A stretch of 64,000 nucleotides of DNA. Source: Oopsacas minuta (Eukaryota > Animalia > Porifera). The stretch spans positions 124,001-188,000 of the forward strand of contig JAKMXF010000188.1 of assembly GCA_024704765.1 (NCBI GenBank), in the 5' to 3' direction. A program made the position numbers and the translations under genes. Below, piece by piece: positions 1 through 11,903 of this stretch (position 1 is its first letter; each line of letters begins with the position of its first letter). Below the pieces are notes generated by a model that did not search any database, was not told where the DNA came from, and worked only from the letters and a program-made list of their open reading frames with translations.

Positions 1-967
1 GTTCCAACGTTACGTTACGCTACAAGAGGCGTCCCCTTCTTGGTGGTATGTGAAGTGTGACAGCCCCATTCTTTTTGTATTATGAAACGGTCCAAAGCGG
101 TACACAGGGAGGGGTGTCAATATTTATGGAATTTGAGTTACGTAACGTTTGAACGGCCTCATATATTAATTAGAATACAAGAGTACCCGCAGACACGAAG
201 TGTTCGCGAGCCGCAGAGCGCAAGAAAGTGAAGCTTACTTGTACTAATAATCTGGCGACGAAAATTCCGCAATTCAGAGTTGGCAAGTATGCGTTGCCTA
301 TGATGGTTTATAAATACAACAAACTTGCTTTATAACTAAGAGCTCGGTACCCCGGTTTCATGTCATTTTAAGCGGTACTTCTTTGTGAGCGGAGTAAAAT
401 CAATTACTTTCAAGCTATTGAGGGCAAAGAATTGCTTTGGTGTAACGGGAGTTTCGTTATATCCGGCTTGGTTATAATAAGAGCTTACTGTAGGAACCTT
501 ATAATAATTGATTAGATTACACAGCCCTGCGGATAGATTAATATAAGAGATTGTATATGTTAATCTATGCAGGACTGGGGTTGGTTAACTGAAATAAGGC
601 TGTGGTTAAACCTTTTCGGTTATAGCGGTTAACTGGTTAACCGCTGCAAGTATTCTTTAATATATCTAATGAAGTTTTGTACATAAAATTGAAAATATCA
701 ATACATAACTATTATATATGCAATGGTGATGCGATTGTATAAAAAGATGTTCAGCCGCAGACTGGTAGTAATGCTTAGGCTTATGTATGTTTGTTCTTTT
801 CAGAGAGGTACGCCCCCTGACCCTCCGTGTAGATGCTGCAATGCACCAGACCCCGATTGAGGCTCCTGGATCTGATAAATATTTCAGAATATTCAATATT
901 ATTAGTTCCCTACTGAACTTCTTCATGTTCTATCCTAAAATCCTATCTATAACATTCTAATTAACTA

Positions 968-2183
968 CGAGGGGCACTCGAAAAGTTTTGTCGTTTATAT
1001 ACTTATATAATAGGTACTACATATTATATGGTCACATTTTTTCAAAATACTCGCCCTGCCCTGACACTCTATACACCTTTTGATGCGTTTAAACCAGGTA
1101 TTAAAGCACATTTTCCATTCTTCTTTGGGTATCTCCTCAATTGCTAAGAAAAGTGCCCCGGTCAACTCTTCATTGCTGAAAAATCTCCTCCCACGAAGTT
1201 GATCTTTCAGCTTTGGGAATAACCAAAAATCGCAAGGGGCTAGATCTGGACTGTAGGGTGGGTGGGGTAGCGTTCCGATCCTATAATTCTCTAAAAACTT
1301 ACGAGTTCTTAGTGCTGTATGTGATGAAGCATTATCGTGGTGAAGCAGGATTCCTCGGACACCTGACTTCTCACGTTGTTTTTCTATAGCACTGAATACT
1401 TTCGGAAGACATATTATGGTATACCAATCAGCGGTGACTGTTTTCCTATCCTCAAGTGCAATTCCTTCAACAAATCCATTACGTCTAAAGAAAATCGCCC
1501 ACATCTGCTTTCCGACTGATCTAATTCTCCGGACCTTTGTTGGAGGTAAACCACCTTCTTCGACCCACTCCTTAGATTGTCTCTTCGTTTCTGGATCATG
1601 TGGTATATTCATGTCTCATCGCCTGTGAGTATTTCAGAAACAACTCTAGAAGTTCCATTAACAAATCTTTTAAGCATAATTTTGCAAAAGTCCACTAGGC
1701 ACTTTTTCTGATCGGACGACAAAGAATGCGGGATCCAACGTGCACATAACTGTCTAAGACCAAGCTCTTTATGTAAGATGACGTTTATACTCCCCGATGA
1801 CAATTTGGTTTCATGTTCTAACTGAGCGTAAGTAACATGAGGGTCTTTTGTTACTTCGTCCAACACCAGCTCTACATTTTCGACCGTGTGTGTAATACTG
1901 GGCCTACCAGGACGGGGACCATCTTCAAGAATAAAATTTCCATGAATAAACTCTGAGTACCATCGCTCTACTGTTCTCAAATAAGGAGCTATATTTGGGA
2001 AGTGCTTCTGCAAAGTTTCGCGTATTTCCAAACGGCTCTTCTCAAGTTTGAACAAAATTAAAATCATCGCTCTAAAATCGCGTTTTGTGAGGTCAGATTC
2101 TGGTTGAGAATCATATAAAATAATTTTATTAGAAAATACTTGTGGTTTAATAACAAACGACAAAACTTTTCGAGTGCCCTTCG
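968..2183 (-). mobile_element. Mariner (DD34D) transposon, full length, transposase inactivated
   Basis: 29-bp TIRs (968-996 CGAGGGGCACTCGAAAAGTTTTGTCGTTT and 2155-2183, 1 mismatch) with TA flanks at 966-967 and 2184-2185. Motifs RWIPHSL, TGDET, HDNASSH and YSPDLAPCD give D34D spacing. Lesions: TGA in place of the W after GDET, a nearby frameshift (~1605-1612), and a 5-bp duplication (CAGGG) near the C-terminus. Confidence 0.95.
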
Positions 2184-3161
2184 TATCCTGCAATTACTTC
2201 GTGTCTAACTTTTGAAACAAGATCACTAGCATCAATTTGAAATATGTGCAAGAAGGGTGTGAAAATACGATTAGTCATACGATTAATCACTGAGTGAGAG
2301 ACTTGAAAATGACAAAATTGGTATCTACATACTCGACTACCCCTGATTAGCGGTTAAAAAGAAATCTCTAGCTTCATTTTGAATAAAATGCAGGTGTGAA
2401 AATATGATTAATCATAAGATACATCTGTGAATTAGTTACTTTCGAGCTCTAAAACTCTCAAAATCAGACCCTACATACCCAATTACACCTGCCAACATGT
2501 TGAAGCCTAATTTCTAACATGGATTTTAATTTTACATAGAAAGGTTTGAGAATATGTTTAATCACCAAAAAGGTGTGAAATATTCACTTTAGAAAAATTC
2601 ATACCCGCGGTGCAAATCTCCGAACCAAAATGTATATGTGTACAAATTTTCATGTAAATCTGATTGTTAGATTTCGCACTGCAGAGCAGACGGACGTACG
2701 GACGTCGCACATCGTCCATGCCATTAGGGAATTATCTACTTCTGTTGCTCTACTATAAGTTTGCATGGAGGGCTCGCCGTCCTTAAGCAATTATATATAT
2801 TTGGTTCAAAATAATGGCGCCCCTGGAACACGAAATTATTAAAACAACAGCCCTGAATTAGAAAAAATACAAATTCCAATATACATAAGTCTTAAAGTAA
2901 AGGAGTTTACAGAAAGAGCTGATAAGCTTATGATCCTAGGGGGCGGATCCAGGGGTAGGGTAGAGCCCGCCTATTGTTGTATTATTGTGTGAAAAATATT
3001 TGTACCAATTACCTCGGACAACCCTAAAGTGCTCGCTATGCTCAAGCTCAGCCACTTCCCTCGCTTTGAACAATCAGGGATCCGCCATTGTATTAAACAG
3101 AGTTTCGTAATGACAGAATGCCCAAATTTAATTACTATCCCGTTAGAAAGAAGAGTATTAC

Positions 3162-3485
3162 CTGAGTAGCAGCTGACTGAATAGTAATTCCTCTCTGTCT
3201 CTCTAGCTCCATAGAGTCCATGGTAGCTCCTACATGATCCTTACCCTTAACTTCATGCATCTCGCTTATGCGTCCTGAATAGAACAATATGCGTTCACTG
3301 ACTGTAGTTTTACCGGAGTCAATATGAGCTGATATACCAATATTCCTGGTACGCTCTATCAGGTTACCATTCCCTACAAGCTCTGTCTGTTGCTTAGTAC
3401 TATACAGCTCTACCTGTCTATACAGGTGTACCCACCTGTATCTGACTATATTCACACAGCTAGGAAATGTGTGTAGACACTTCAT
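3162..3485 (-). CDS. GFM1: Mitochondrial elongation factor G1, first coding exon (rest of gene beyond window start)
   Basis: [61 protein letters not shown] matches the EF-G1mt G1/G2 region. Donor CAG|GTAATA at 3162/3161. ATG 3485 gives a presequence-like N-terminus; an alternative in-frame ATG is at 3533. No next exon found in 1-3161. Confidence 0.9.
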
Positions 3486-3684
3486 ATAATAAGCTAAGTA
3501 GGTAACACCTTGGATTAATTGTATTTGTATCATAATATGAACTAGCACACGTGTTTATTAAGCTAAAAATCACTTCAAATCTATTAGAATCTACTATCTA
3601 CATTGAATTTGGAGGTTTCTAGGTAATTAGGTTTGGTGTATTCTAACTCCAGATAGGGTAAAGAGAGAAATTAATTACCAATAA

Positions 3685-4610
3685 CACTGTTCAACAGGGC
3701 TGGCTAGTTTAAACCGGGTTAAATCACATTTAGTGGGTTAAACTGGGTTAATCCCTATTTTATGGTCCAAACTGGTTATTGCACTGTGCTAAACCTCATT
3801 TAATTGGGTAAACTACCTAAACTGTGTTTGAGACTCTAAATTGATTAAATTATAAACACAGTAAATATTCAAAGTCTTCATAAATAAAATTTGTAATCGT
3901 ACAATTGACTTAAAACCGGACGTTATTTAGTAAGAATTTTAGCATTCATTCCAAATAAATATATGTATTAAATAATACTAAAATTGAGTTTCAAAAAGGA
4001 GAAAAATTATGCTATAGTTTGATTAACCCTGGTTAAACTCCGAACCTGCTGTTTAATGCTGATTTTTCTTCTGTGTTGAATAGAGATTTATGTTATGTGT
4101 TATCAACTATGCTGATTCCGAAAATAGAGTCCGTTTTCCACCATCACGTCACAATTTGATGATATGTGACTTGGAATATTACAAAATTACTAAAACATCA
4201 GAAATTTTTTACTGAATATTGAAGTACTCAAGGGCAATCGTTCTAAATTTTCGATAAATTATATGTTCAAATTTAAATTCAAACTGGTAAGAAGTATATA
4301 TTTGGGCGAAGCTGGTCTTTTTTGGTGAGAAAATCTAGAATTTTACGAAATAGTATTAAAGTTTATTTTTGGCCTCCGAAATGATCAGTTAAACTATAAT
4401 GTATTACAAATACTCTATAGTTTGAAAATTCTTCCTTGTTGTTGATAACTCCTTTCGTATCTGGAAAAGAATTATGAAATCTTGCTAATTTCGTTGTTTT
4501 TGATGTTGGAGCAAATTGGATTCATTTTCGGAATCAACATAGAAATATTGCTAGGAAAAGTTCGAATTCAAAGAAGAAGAAATTCTAAGGTTGATTAACG
4601 TTGACCAGTG
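3685..4610. mobile_element. Non-autonomous Chapaev3-like (CMC) element carrying a nested hAT MITE
   Basis: Termini CACTG...CAGTG with TAA on both flanks (3682-3684, 4611-4613). Subterminal inverted repeat TATGCTGATTCCGAAAAT (4108-4125) pairs with 4524-4541. GCTGATTC and ATCACGTCA motifs are shared with the coding remnant at 59.8 kb. Confidence 0.6.
3695..4048. mobile_element. hAT-type MITE nested in the Chapaev3-like element
   Basis: CAGG...CCTG ends, internal GGTTAA/TTAACC repeats, and an 8-bp TSD CTGTTCAA/CTGTTTAA (7/8 match). Confidence 0.7.
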
Positions 4611-5110
4611 TAATTAGTGATAATTAACGATAATTATAAGAATACAGTAGAACTAGATTAGCACGTACTCGGCTTAAGACATACTTTCGGTTAGTAGGTA
4701 CTTTTCTCCAAAACATTCCAGACATGTTGATTCAGGTGAATTTGAGGCATTCCTCTAGTGAGTCTAGTTGTTTGGTTGGGATTTACTTTGGATTAGTGAA
4801 ATGCTATGGAATGAAATGTTGGACTTTCTTCATAATGGACAACAAATTAAAAGCAGACAGACAGATAAGCAAACAACACACACATGCAATTCAAGTTTAG
4901 TATGCAATTTCAAATCAATATTTCAAAATACCTCATTGGGTTCATATGTATTAGCATGACAAATCCTGAATCCAATCCAGACAAATTCTTAGATCATATG
5001 ATATGTAAATTATAAATCAAGCTTAAAGTCACCAGAGATAAAATGTTGATAATTTCAAATACTAATTACAATCAAATCATAAACATTGAATAAGTACAAT
5101 TAAGTTGCTG

Positions 5111-7807
5111 TTATTTATCATTCCATATGCACTGACAAGAACAACATGGAGATGGACAGCAAGTATTTTCTTTAAACCAGTCAGACAAATGTTTACTATG
5201 TCCCCAGTGACCACAGGTCTGACACCATGTGATCCAGTCATCAGTTGGTTTACTGTCCACTCCTGTGCCATTAGGCACATGTTCAGCAGATGATCCCATG
5301 TGTCTATGACATACAACACACCTAGGAAGCGGTTTATAACAAGAGGGACAGCACGATCCACTAGTAGACACGTTCTTCTCTGTAGAGAGATGAATTGAAG
5401 CGAGTTTCCTTCCACGTAACTCCTTCCTGTCATCTCCAGAGATACGCTTCCCACAATAACCACATTGAATATACCATTTAGCATTAGCTATATCATCAGG
5501 AGGACGTTGATTAAGTAGTTTGTTGCGAGCAATTTGCAGACGGCATCTCTCCTTCCATAGACGTGTCCTGTCCATGTAATCACATAGACACCCCCACCAG
5601 CAATCTATCAGTTTTGAGATTTCAGGTGGTACTAAACTACCCATGTCAAGGGAGTATTTTAAGGTCATAGATGAGAGGATACACACAGTGAGTAGATCTC
5701 CACTCTCTAACAAATATTTCCTCATAATAGGAATACCACGGGTACCTAGGCCTGTCAAGAAGAGACCTTCTAACAGAGATTTTGTCTCTATCTCCTTCAA
5801 CAGATCAGTTCTGAATCTGTCTAGATCTTTGTCTGAGAGATAACTACACGCTAGTATGAACTTATCATTAGCAGGTATGTGTTCATTTCTTATAATATTA
5901 TATAGATCTGAGTAGTGCGAGTAGAGAATACGTACACACAGACGTAGATAGGGATCGGTTAGTGTGGTGGCCTGATTGATACAGGTTTCTATCCAATACT
6001 TGTTCTGAAGACAAGATGGATATCCTGCTAATGCCATGGCAGCTATACTAGCATCTCTCTCACTAGACGCAACTTTACGAAGCAGTTGAATAGCTCTACG
6101 TACTCCAGTGTTACTTTCTGATATTACAATTTGTAGTACAGCTTTCCCTAACTTGTTTTCTGATAGCAATCGCTCTGTTAAATCATCTCCTATTCCACTA
6201 GGGAGCCAGCCTAGCAGACGTAGACTCATCTCTCGGTTAGGAGAGTAATGCCAGCATGGTGACACGCCCCTGTCTCCAATGGGATCAGGACTCACATCGC
6301 AATACTCATAATCATGTTTGTTTGTTTGTATCAGACACAGTACGTTGGCTGCTAACCCATTCAGCATAACATCACCCAGTTGCATTCCATGTCCTCTGCC
6401 TTCTAGGCCTGTCTCCATACTACCTAACCACTCCCATAATGCAACCAGCTCCTCCCCCATACTTCCCATATCTGTACACACCCGTAGATTGGTGACAGGA
6501 CTGAAGCAGTAGCCTGCCTGTATACGTCTGTGTATTGTATCAGCTGGTGACAAATGATGTGGGAAATAGCAGAGAGAAAGATTTATGTCAGAAGCACGAG
6601 CAAGAGGACCCTGAGGAGACATAGCTAGCACAGTGTGTGAGTGGAGTATCACTTGTAAGAACTTTGATTTTATAGAAGACTGAGTAGTAGTAGAAGACTG
6701 AGTAGGAGGAGGAGAAGACTGAGTAGAAGGTAGGAGTATTATAATAGCAGATACAATAGTAGGGTGAGGTAGGAATGTGAAGCGAGAGTCGGGATGCATA
6801 ATATGTATGTCATGCAGTTTCTCACTAATCAAATTACGGGCGAAATCGTGTGATTGTTGTCCATTAGGCGTGGGGTAGAAGACACCCTCCTCTGTTGTAG
6901 CAGCATTAATAATTCCAGATTCGTGTCGAGGTAGAGTCAGCTGGTATATTTCAGGATATGACGTCATAACAATTAGAGTACTATGACGTAACAGAGACCA
7001 GCAAATACTGACTACGGGGTGTTGTGTGTGGAATGAGAAGAAGTTTGGATTAAATGCTTCCAGGCTCCAGACTCGCACTCTACAGTCACAGTATCCTGCT
7101 GCGTACAGTTTGGATAGGTTGTCAGTACAAATTCCGTTTATGACTTTACTTTTGTTATGTTTGCCGAGTTGAGCTTGACTAAAGTCGTACAGACCTACAC
7201 CCCCGAGGTTCGAGTATACCAGATGCTGTGCTGAGTCTGCTACCCAGCTGAGAGCATTCAGGTGTCCAGTGGTTATAACAGGGTATAGACTGTTATTCCC
7301 TTCTGTTGTCAGCTTTGTGATATCCCATATACGGAGACTCTGATCAGGTTTGTGTATCTTCGGGTACCCGATAGCCAGGTAGTTCGGTTGTGTTGGATTC
7401 CATGCCATAGAGGTACAAGCCCGTTTGAAGCCTCCTCCCTGGAATATATCATTGATGTAGGTAGGAATATCTAGCTTACGATCCGGGCTTAGATTGAGTA
7501 GAATAACTTTAGCATTACTGAATCCAACAGCGAATATATACTTATAATTCTTATCAGGTTTCCAGGCTACACATACAGCTGTAGCAGTAGGGTCTATAAG
7601 ATAGGAGCGTGTGGGTCTGGTGGATACAAGAGAGAGAGGGAGGTTTGAAACTTTAAGATCAGAAAGTGAAATAGTTTCTAGTCTGAATACAGATATCTCT
7701 ACTGGTGTGAAAGAAGCTATTTCATATTTGTCATTTGGCGAAGAATGTAGTTCTAACTTGCTATGATGGTCTATCTCAACTGGGTAAGAGATCTTAGTGA
7801 AGCTCAT
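5111..7807 (-). CDS. MIOS: GATOR2 complex subunit MIOS (Sea4/Mio), intronless, 898 aa
   Basis: N-terminal WD40 repeats, a helical mid-region (AAMALAGY, DPYLR, ACSYLSD, GLFLTGL) and a C-terminal Cys/His zinc-finger (CGYCGK...CPSCYKPLPRCVVC...WCQTCGHWGH...CPSPCCSCQC). Confidence 0.92.
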   Translation of the reverse strand: MSFTKISYPVEIDHHSKLELHSSPNDKYEIASFTPVEISVFRLETISLSDLKVSNLPLSLVSTRPTRSYLIDPTATAVCVAWKPDKNYKYIFAVGFSNAKVILLNLSPDRKLDIPTYINDIFQGGGFKRACTSMAWNPTQPNYLAIGYPKIHKPDQSLRIWDITKLTTEGNNSLYPVITTGHLNALSWVADSAQHLVYSNLGGVGLYDFSQAQLGKHNKSKVINGICTDNLSKLYAAGYCDCRVRVWSLEAFNPNFFSFHTQHPVVSICWSLLRHSTLIVMTSYPEIYQLTLPRHESGIINAATTEEGVFYPTPNGQQSHDFARNLISEKLHDIHIMHPDSRFTFLPHPTIVSAIIILLPSTQSSPPPTQSSTTTQSSIKSKFLQVILHSHTVLAMSPQGPLARASDINLSLCYFPHHLSPADTIHRRIQAGYCFSPVTNLRVCTDMGSMGEELVALWEWLGSMETGLEGRGHGMQLGDVMLNGLAANVLCLIQTNKHDYEYCDVSPDPIGDRGVSPCWHYSPNREMSLRLLGWLPSGIGDDLTERLLSENKLGKAVLQIVISESNTGVRRAIQLLRKVASSERDASIAAMALAGYPSCLQNKYWIETCINQATTLTDPYLRLCVRILYSHYSDLYNIIRNEHIPANDKFILACSYLSDKDLDRFRTDLLKEIETKSLLEGLFLTGLGTRGIPIMRKYLLESGDLLTVCILSSMTLKYSLDMGSLVPPEISKLIDCWWGCLCDYMDRTRLWKERCRLQIARNKLLNQRPPDDIANAKWYIQCGYCGKRISGDDRKELRGRKLASIHLSTEKNVSTSGSCCPSCYKPLPRCVVCHRHMGSSAEHVPNGTGVDSKPTDDWITWCQTCGHWGHSKHLSDWFKENTCCPSPCCSCQCIWNDK

Positions 7808-8025
7808 TAGATACTAATTAATTAACGAGTCATAATTTAGTATAACAAGAAAACTCTCAAGGAGTATTTTAGGTTTTATCTTTTCAAAATATTCAGGCTG
7901 CAATAACAATACAATCAGAATTTGATCCAGCCTCTGGTTTCAGTGGCTGGGCATGGGGAGTGGGAATATCGGAAAGTTGATTGTGAAGGAAATTTGGTCG
8001 CCGAAACATCCTTGCAGGTAAAAAC

Positions 8026-8438
8026 TAGAGATGCACCGGATATGAAAATTTCCCATCCGACCGGATAAGATATCCGGCTTCTAATTTCCGGTTATCCGGC
8101 CGGATACTTTTGTTAAATATTTGGGTACTCCACCTAGCTCAGTATATAGTGAAAGATTATTTAGTAGTGCTGGAATTGTATTTGAAGAAAGGCGCAACAG
8201 ATTGTTACCTGAAAAAGGAGAGCATCTCCTCTTCATTCAGAAAAATTTAGGATTATTAGATTTCCATTATTAGTGTCTCGATAGGTTTATTATAGCACAG
8301 TATATCTAGGACTAGACATTTGAGTTATTGTACGTAGATTACATCAAATCATGCATTTTGTCTATATATATTATTATCCGGCATATCAATGAAATTGGCC
8401 GGATACCGGATAGAAACCGGATATCCGGTGCATCTCTA
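8026..8438. mobile_element. hAT MITE (413 bp)
   Basis: TIR TAGAGATGCACCGGATAT / ATATCCGGTGCATCTCTA, a perfect 8-bp TSD GTAAAAAC (8018-8025, 8439-8446), and CCGGAT subterminal repeats. Confidence 0.93.
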
Positions 8439-8547
8439 GTAAAAACTAATCCAAGGTAGATCTTTACTCCAACCAACCCAGGAACAATATCCAAGCAGGT
8501 AGGGTCATTTATCCAGGACAAATCTCACTACAACCTAGCCATTAGTG

Positions 8548-8668
8548 TAGCGGTTCCCAACCTTTCTTAGCCGTGGCCCCCCTATACCAATTTTAACATA
8601 TTCTGTGGTCCCCTGCTATCGTCCGTGGATCACCAAGGGGTCCATGGACCCCAGGTTGGGAACCCCTG
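8548..8668. mobile_element. hAT/Charlie-type MITE (121 bp)
   Basis: TIR TAGCGGTTCCCAACCT / AGGTTGGGAACCCCTG and a perfect 8-bp TSD CATTAGTG (8540-8547, 8669-8676). Confidence 0.92.
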
Positions 8669-9156
8669 CATTAGTGTCAAATGACCTGGAAAACGATGAA
8701 TTTTCTTTGAGACCAATTTTCCCATCATAGACCATGTTGTGGTTAGATGAATCCCTGAATTGAATACAAATATACATTCGAAATTTCGAATATTGTTTTA
8801 GTAAGCGTATGACCCAGAGAACCTGTATATAGCGGCCAGTGTTCCCAGATCATGAACAAAGTTCATAGATTTTGCCTTTTTGGCATGAAAGAATAAACAT
8901 AATATGATAGATGATTTTGGCATGACATTGTGGGCAGATCAACACTGGTAAACCCAACAGTAATTGCAATAAAATTAAATAATATTTCTAAATCGACCAA
9001 TTCCCATTCCAGCTATTATTCAACACACTTGCTTGGATAACATAATACTCATATACTGGTTGTATAAAATTTATAACTTTAATAATAATTGCAAATTCTA
9101 TAGATAGCATTTAAAAATATAACAGGAGAAAATAATTAAAAACCGTCACAATTTGA

Positions 9157-10527
9157 TCACACCTTGAATATCAGAGTATAATTCACAAGGAGGAAGGCTA
9201 CCAATCCCCCTATGAACGATCCTAACTGGGTACCCAGAGCAATCAAAAGTAAAAATGTAGGTCCTCCTTCCTTCTTAGCCAGAACTCCTACCCCTACCTT
9301 AAGATATCCAGCTATCAGTCCAGATAACGAGAACAGAACAATTACATGGAGCTCCCCTATCAAACTACCTTCCAACGGTTTGGGCTCAATCAATACAGAT
9401 AAGAATATCAGCCATATACAGATCAGCAGATAAGTAGCCAGCATGCACCATAGAGATAACGTTGCTCTAGGTTTGATTACACCTCCAAGGAATGATCCTA
9501 TAGGAACAGCAATCAGAGTGAGATTGATAGACAATAGAAATGTAGATGAGCCGTAAGGAATAGTAAAGTAAGGTGCAATTGAATACAGAAAGCTATTAGC
9601 AAATGCACACAGAATAACCTGAATACAAATATACTGTACTAGAGCAACATAGTTAGTCTTATACTCTCCGGGTTGTAGAACTCTCTGAGAAGGGACTAAT
9701 GTCTCAGAAGTATTTTCAGTCTCTGGAGAATTCTTAAACACAGTTATTGTTGTCATATGATTCCGCTCTCGTCTCACCAAAGGCAGGAATAGAATTAGCG
9801 TGAAGGCTATAAAACTGATTGTTGTAATGACTGTAATAACAATGAAATAGATAGTAGGGGAAAACCTCAGTCCTTTTATAGGATTCCCTGTCTGGTGACA
9901 CTCTCTAGACGCACTACCCTGTACTAACGCCCAGAGGCTAGGTAACACCCCGCTTAAACCCTCTCCTACGTATAATGCACTAATATAAGGTGTGGGATAG
10001 AGGGCTACAAATGGGAGAAACAGAACTGTACTAGTGCAGTCACACACAGCCAAACAGCCTGTTAGAATGAAGAATGGAATACTCACAGTTACGTCATCAT
10101 AGATCACAACTTCTTGTGACCAAAATATAATTATAAATATACTAGTTATGAAAGCGAAGCAGAGAATACAGTATATGACAGCTATATCTAGATAGTGTGT
10201 CTTCTTCCATATTAGTTTAACCACCGCCCAAACCAACAAGTATGCTAAAGGACCAATGTTAGCACATTGTACTATTATGACAATATAGGATGTTAGTTTG
10301 TAGCATTCTGGTAGTATAGCTGTTAGCACAGGGCTCTCAGACAAAGCTCCATTGGCTGCAGTCCACGAAACTAAGCCGAAAAGTATAAATAGAAGGTAGG
10401 CTATGAAGGATACGCTCTTTATCTGGTTACATTTTTCTTTAAATTCTGTGGATTTCTCATTAACAAAGGCTTTGAAAGAACTTGAGAATTCTTGAACTGA
10501 TGAGAATCTAGATTCTAGCATGATCAT
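9157..10527 (-). CDS. SLC52A3: SLC52-family riboflavin transporter, intronless
   Basis: Multi-TM protein with LFGLVSWTAANG..ESPVL..ILPECYKLTSYIVIIVQCANIGPL, DCTSTVLFLPF, GEGLSGVLPSLWALVQG and TQLGSFIGG, all typical of SLC52. The first ATG is 10527 (the track start is a TTG). The symbol denotes the family, not a specific paralog. Confidence 0.88.
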   Translation of the reverse strand: MIMLESRFSSVQEFSSSFKAFVNEKSTEFKEKCNQIKSVSFIAYLLFILFGLVSWTAANGALSESPVLTAILPECYKLTSYIVIIVQCANIGPLAYLLVWAVVKLIWKKTHYLDIAVIYCILCFAFITSIFIIIFWSQEVVIYDDVTVSIPFFILTGCLAVCDCTSTVLFLPFVALYPTPYISALYVGEGLSGVLPSLWALVQGSASRECHQTGNPIKGLRFSPTIYFIVITVITTISFIAFTLILFLPLVRRERNHMTTITVFKNSPETENTSETLVPSQRVLQPGEYKTNYVALVQYICIQVILCAFANSFLYSIAPYFTIPYGSSTFLLSINLTLIAVPIGSFLGGVIKPRATLSLWCMLATYLLICIWLIFLSVLIEPKPLEGSLIGELHVIVLFSLSGLIAGYLKVGVGVLAKKEGGPTFLLLIALGTQLGSFIGGLVAFLLVNYTLIFKV

Positions 10528-10747
10528 ATCTGAAATCAAATATCAGTATATTAATACAGTCCACATTCGTCATCTCGAACAGATTTCCAAGTTCGAGGTA
10601 TAGGATGTTTACTGTATTATATATTTATTAAATGAAGTGGCTATTGACCAGGGTTCCCGGGTATAATTAATCTGGTGGTTCATTATCATTATCTCATTAT
10701 TTTGTGACGTATCAGCAGGAAAATTGGTCCATTAATAAAAAGTACTA

Positions 10748-11121
10748 CAGGGCTGGGGTTGGTTAACCGAATTAATGGGAAGGTTAAATATGTTTCAATT
10801 AGTGTCGTTAACCGGTTAGAAGTTGCAATTATTAGTATATAAAAGAAATGGTGTTTTCGACAAAATTAGTAAATATCCATTCTAATTATCAATATGCAAT
10901 CGTAGGTATCTTTACAAAATTATTGAAATTTGAGATTATGAAGCAAAAATTTAATAAATGTATGGAAATTTTGTATAAGAATTCGTTTATAAATCATATT
11001 AAACATCTCAAGAACCTAGGAACAATGAATCAATTATCAGAATTCACACACATCGGTTAACCGAGTAAATATTCTCACAGCAGTTAACTGGATATAGTAG
11101 GGTTAACCGAATGCAGCCCTG
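10748..11121. mobile_element. hAT-like MITE; related partial copy at ~570-650
   Basis: Ends CAGGGCTG...CAGCCCTG with GGTTAACCG subterminal motifs. No TSD is recognisable. Confidence 0.55.
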
Positions 11122-11387
11122 AATATTAACATGACTAAAGTCAAATTTGATTTTATAATATGCTGGAAAGAAAAAGTCACCTACATTGAACTACAATAGT
11201 GAGGATATTCGTGTTGTAGCCAAATCAAGTTCGGTCGGTGGAGCTGAAACCTGCTTCCAACTAACACTGGCATAATCTAATTCAAATTAGTATATTCGGC
11301 ACAGTAAAATGATTCAAAGAAGATGATAAAATATGATTTCTCAATTAGATGGTTGCATTTGTGGTATTAAAGAATAATTCTCTACGA

Positions 11388-11903
11388 TTAATCTCGTTTG
11401 CTGATTAGTTCTAGAATAGTCTTCTTCTTCTGGGATCTTACCATTCTTTGTATAGCCCAGACACCACAGAAACACTGTGAAATAAGAAACAGCAACTCGG
11501 GTACTATTACACAAATTTCTATTGGAAGAATGAGCATATCTAGATTGAGGATCAGATATAAACAACAGATAATCTGTAGAGCTGAGAGAATACAACATCC
11601 TGTCAGATGGGGAACCAACTCTCCCAAATTCCCTCTATAGCCCAGATAGAGTCTACTGACCTCTAGCCCAAACACAAGCAGCAGTACAATTATGCTGACA
11701 AATTGATAGTAACCAGGCAATAATGGGAATTTGTTGAGATAAGCAGCAGACAATAAGAGGATGAGGAGGGGGGAGTAGAAAATATTGAAGTAGAGGGATA
11801 TCTGTAGTGGGAGATTGGACAGAGTTTCTGAGCGAGGAGAAGAGAAGTCATAACTGGAACGAATCCAGAATGAACTACTAGAGGTAACGTCTCTCATCTC
11901 CAT
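11388..11903 (-). CDS. TMEM17: Transmembrane protein 17 (ciliary transition zone)
   Basis: LSNLPLQISLYFN...LPGYYQF...EVSRLYLGYRGNLGELVPHL, 4 TM segments. First ATG at 11903. Confidence 0.92.
   Translation of the reverse strand: MEMRDVTSSSSFWIRSSYDFSSPRSETLSNLPLQISLYFNIFYSPLLILLLSAAYLNKFPLLPGYYQFVSIIVLLLVFGLEVSRLYLGYRGNLGELVPHLTGCCILSALQIICCLYLILNLDMLILPIEICVIVPELLFLISQCFCGVWAIQRMVRSQKKKTILELISKRD

Noticed and set aside
666-926. 86-aa ORF as GFM1 exon 2, or a plus-strand mini-exon (RGTPPDPPCRCC)
   Set aside because: No EF-G motifs in the frames examined. The GC-rich core GTACGCCCCCTG matches hAT-MITE terminal motifs.
1605-1615. Programmed frameshift or readthrough in mariner 1
   Set aside because: A nonsense codon, an indel and a separate 5-bp duplication together indicate ordinary decay.
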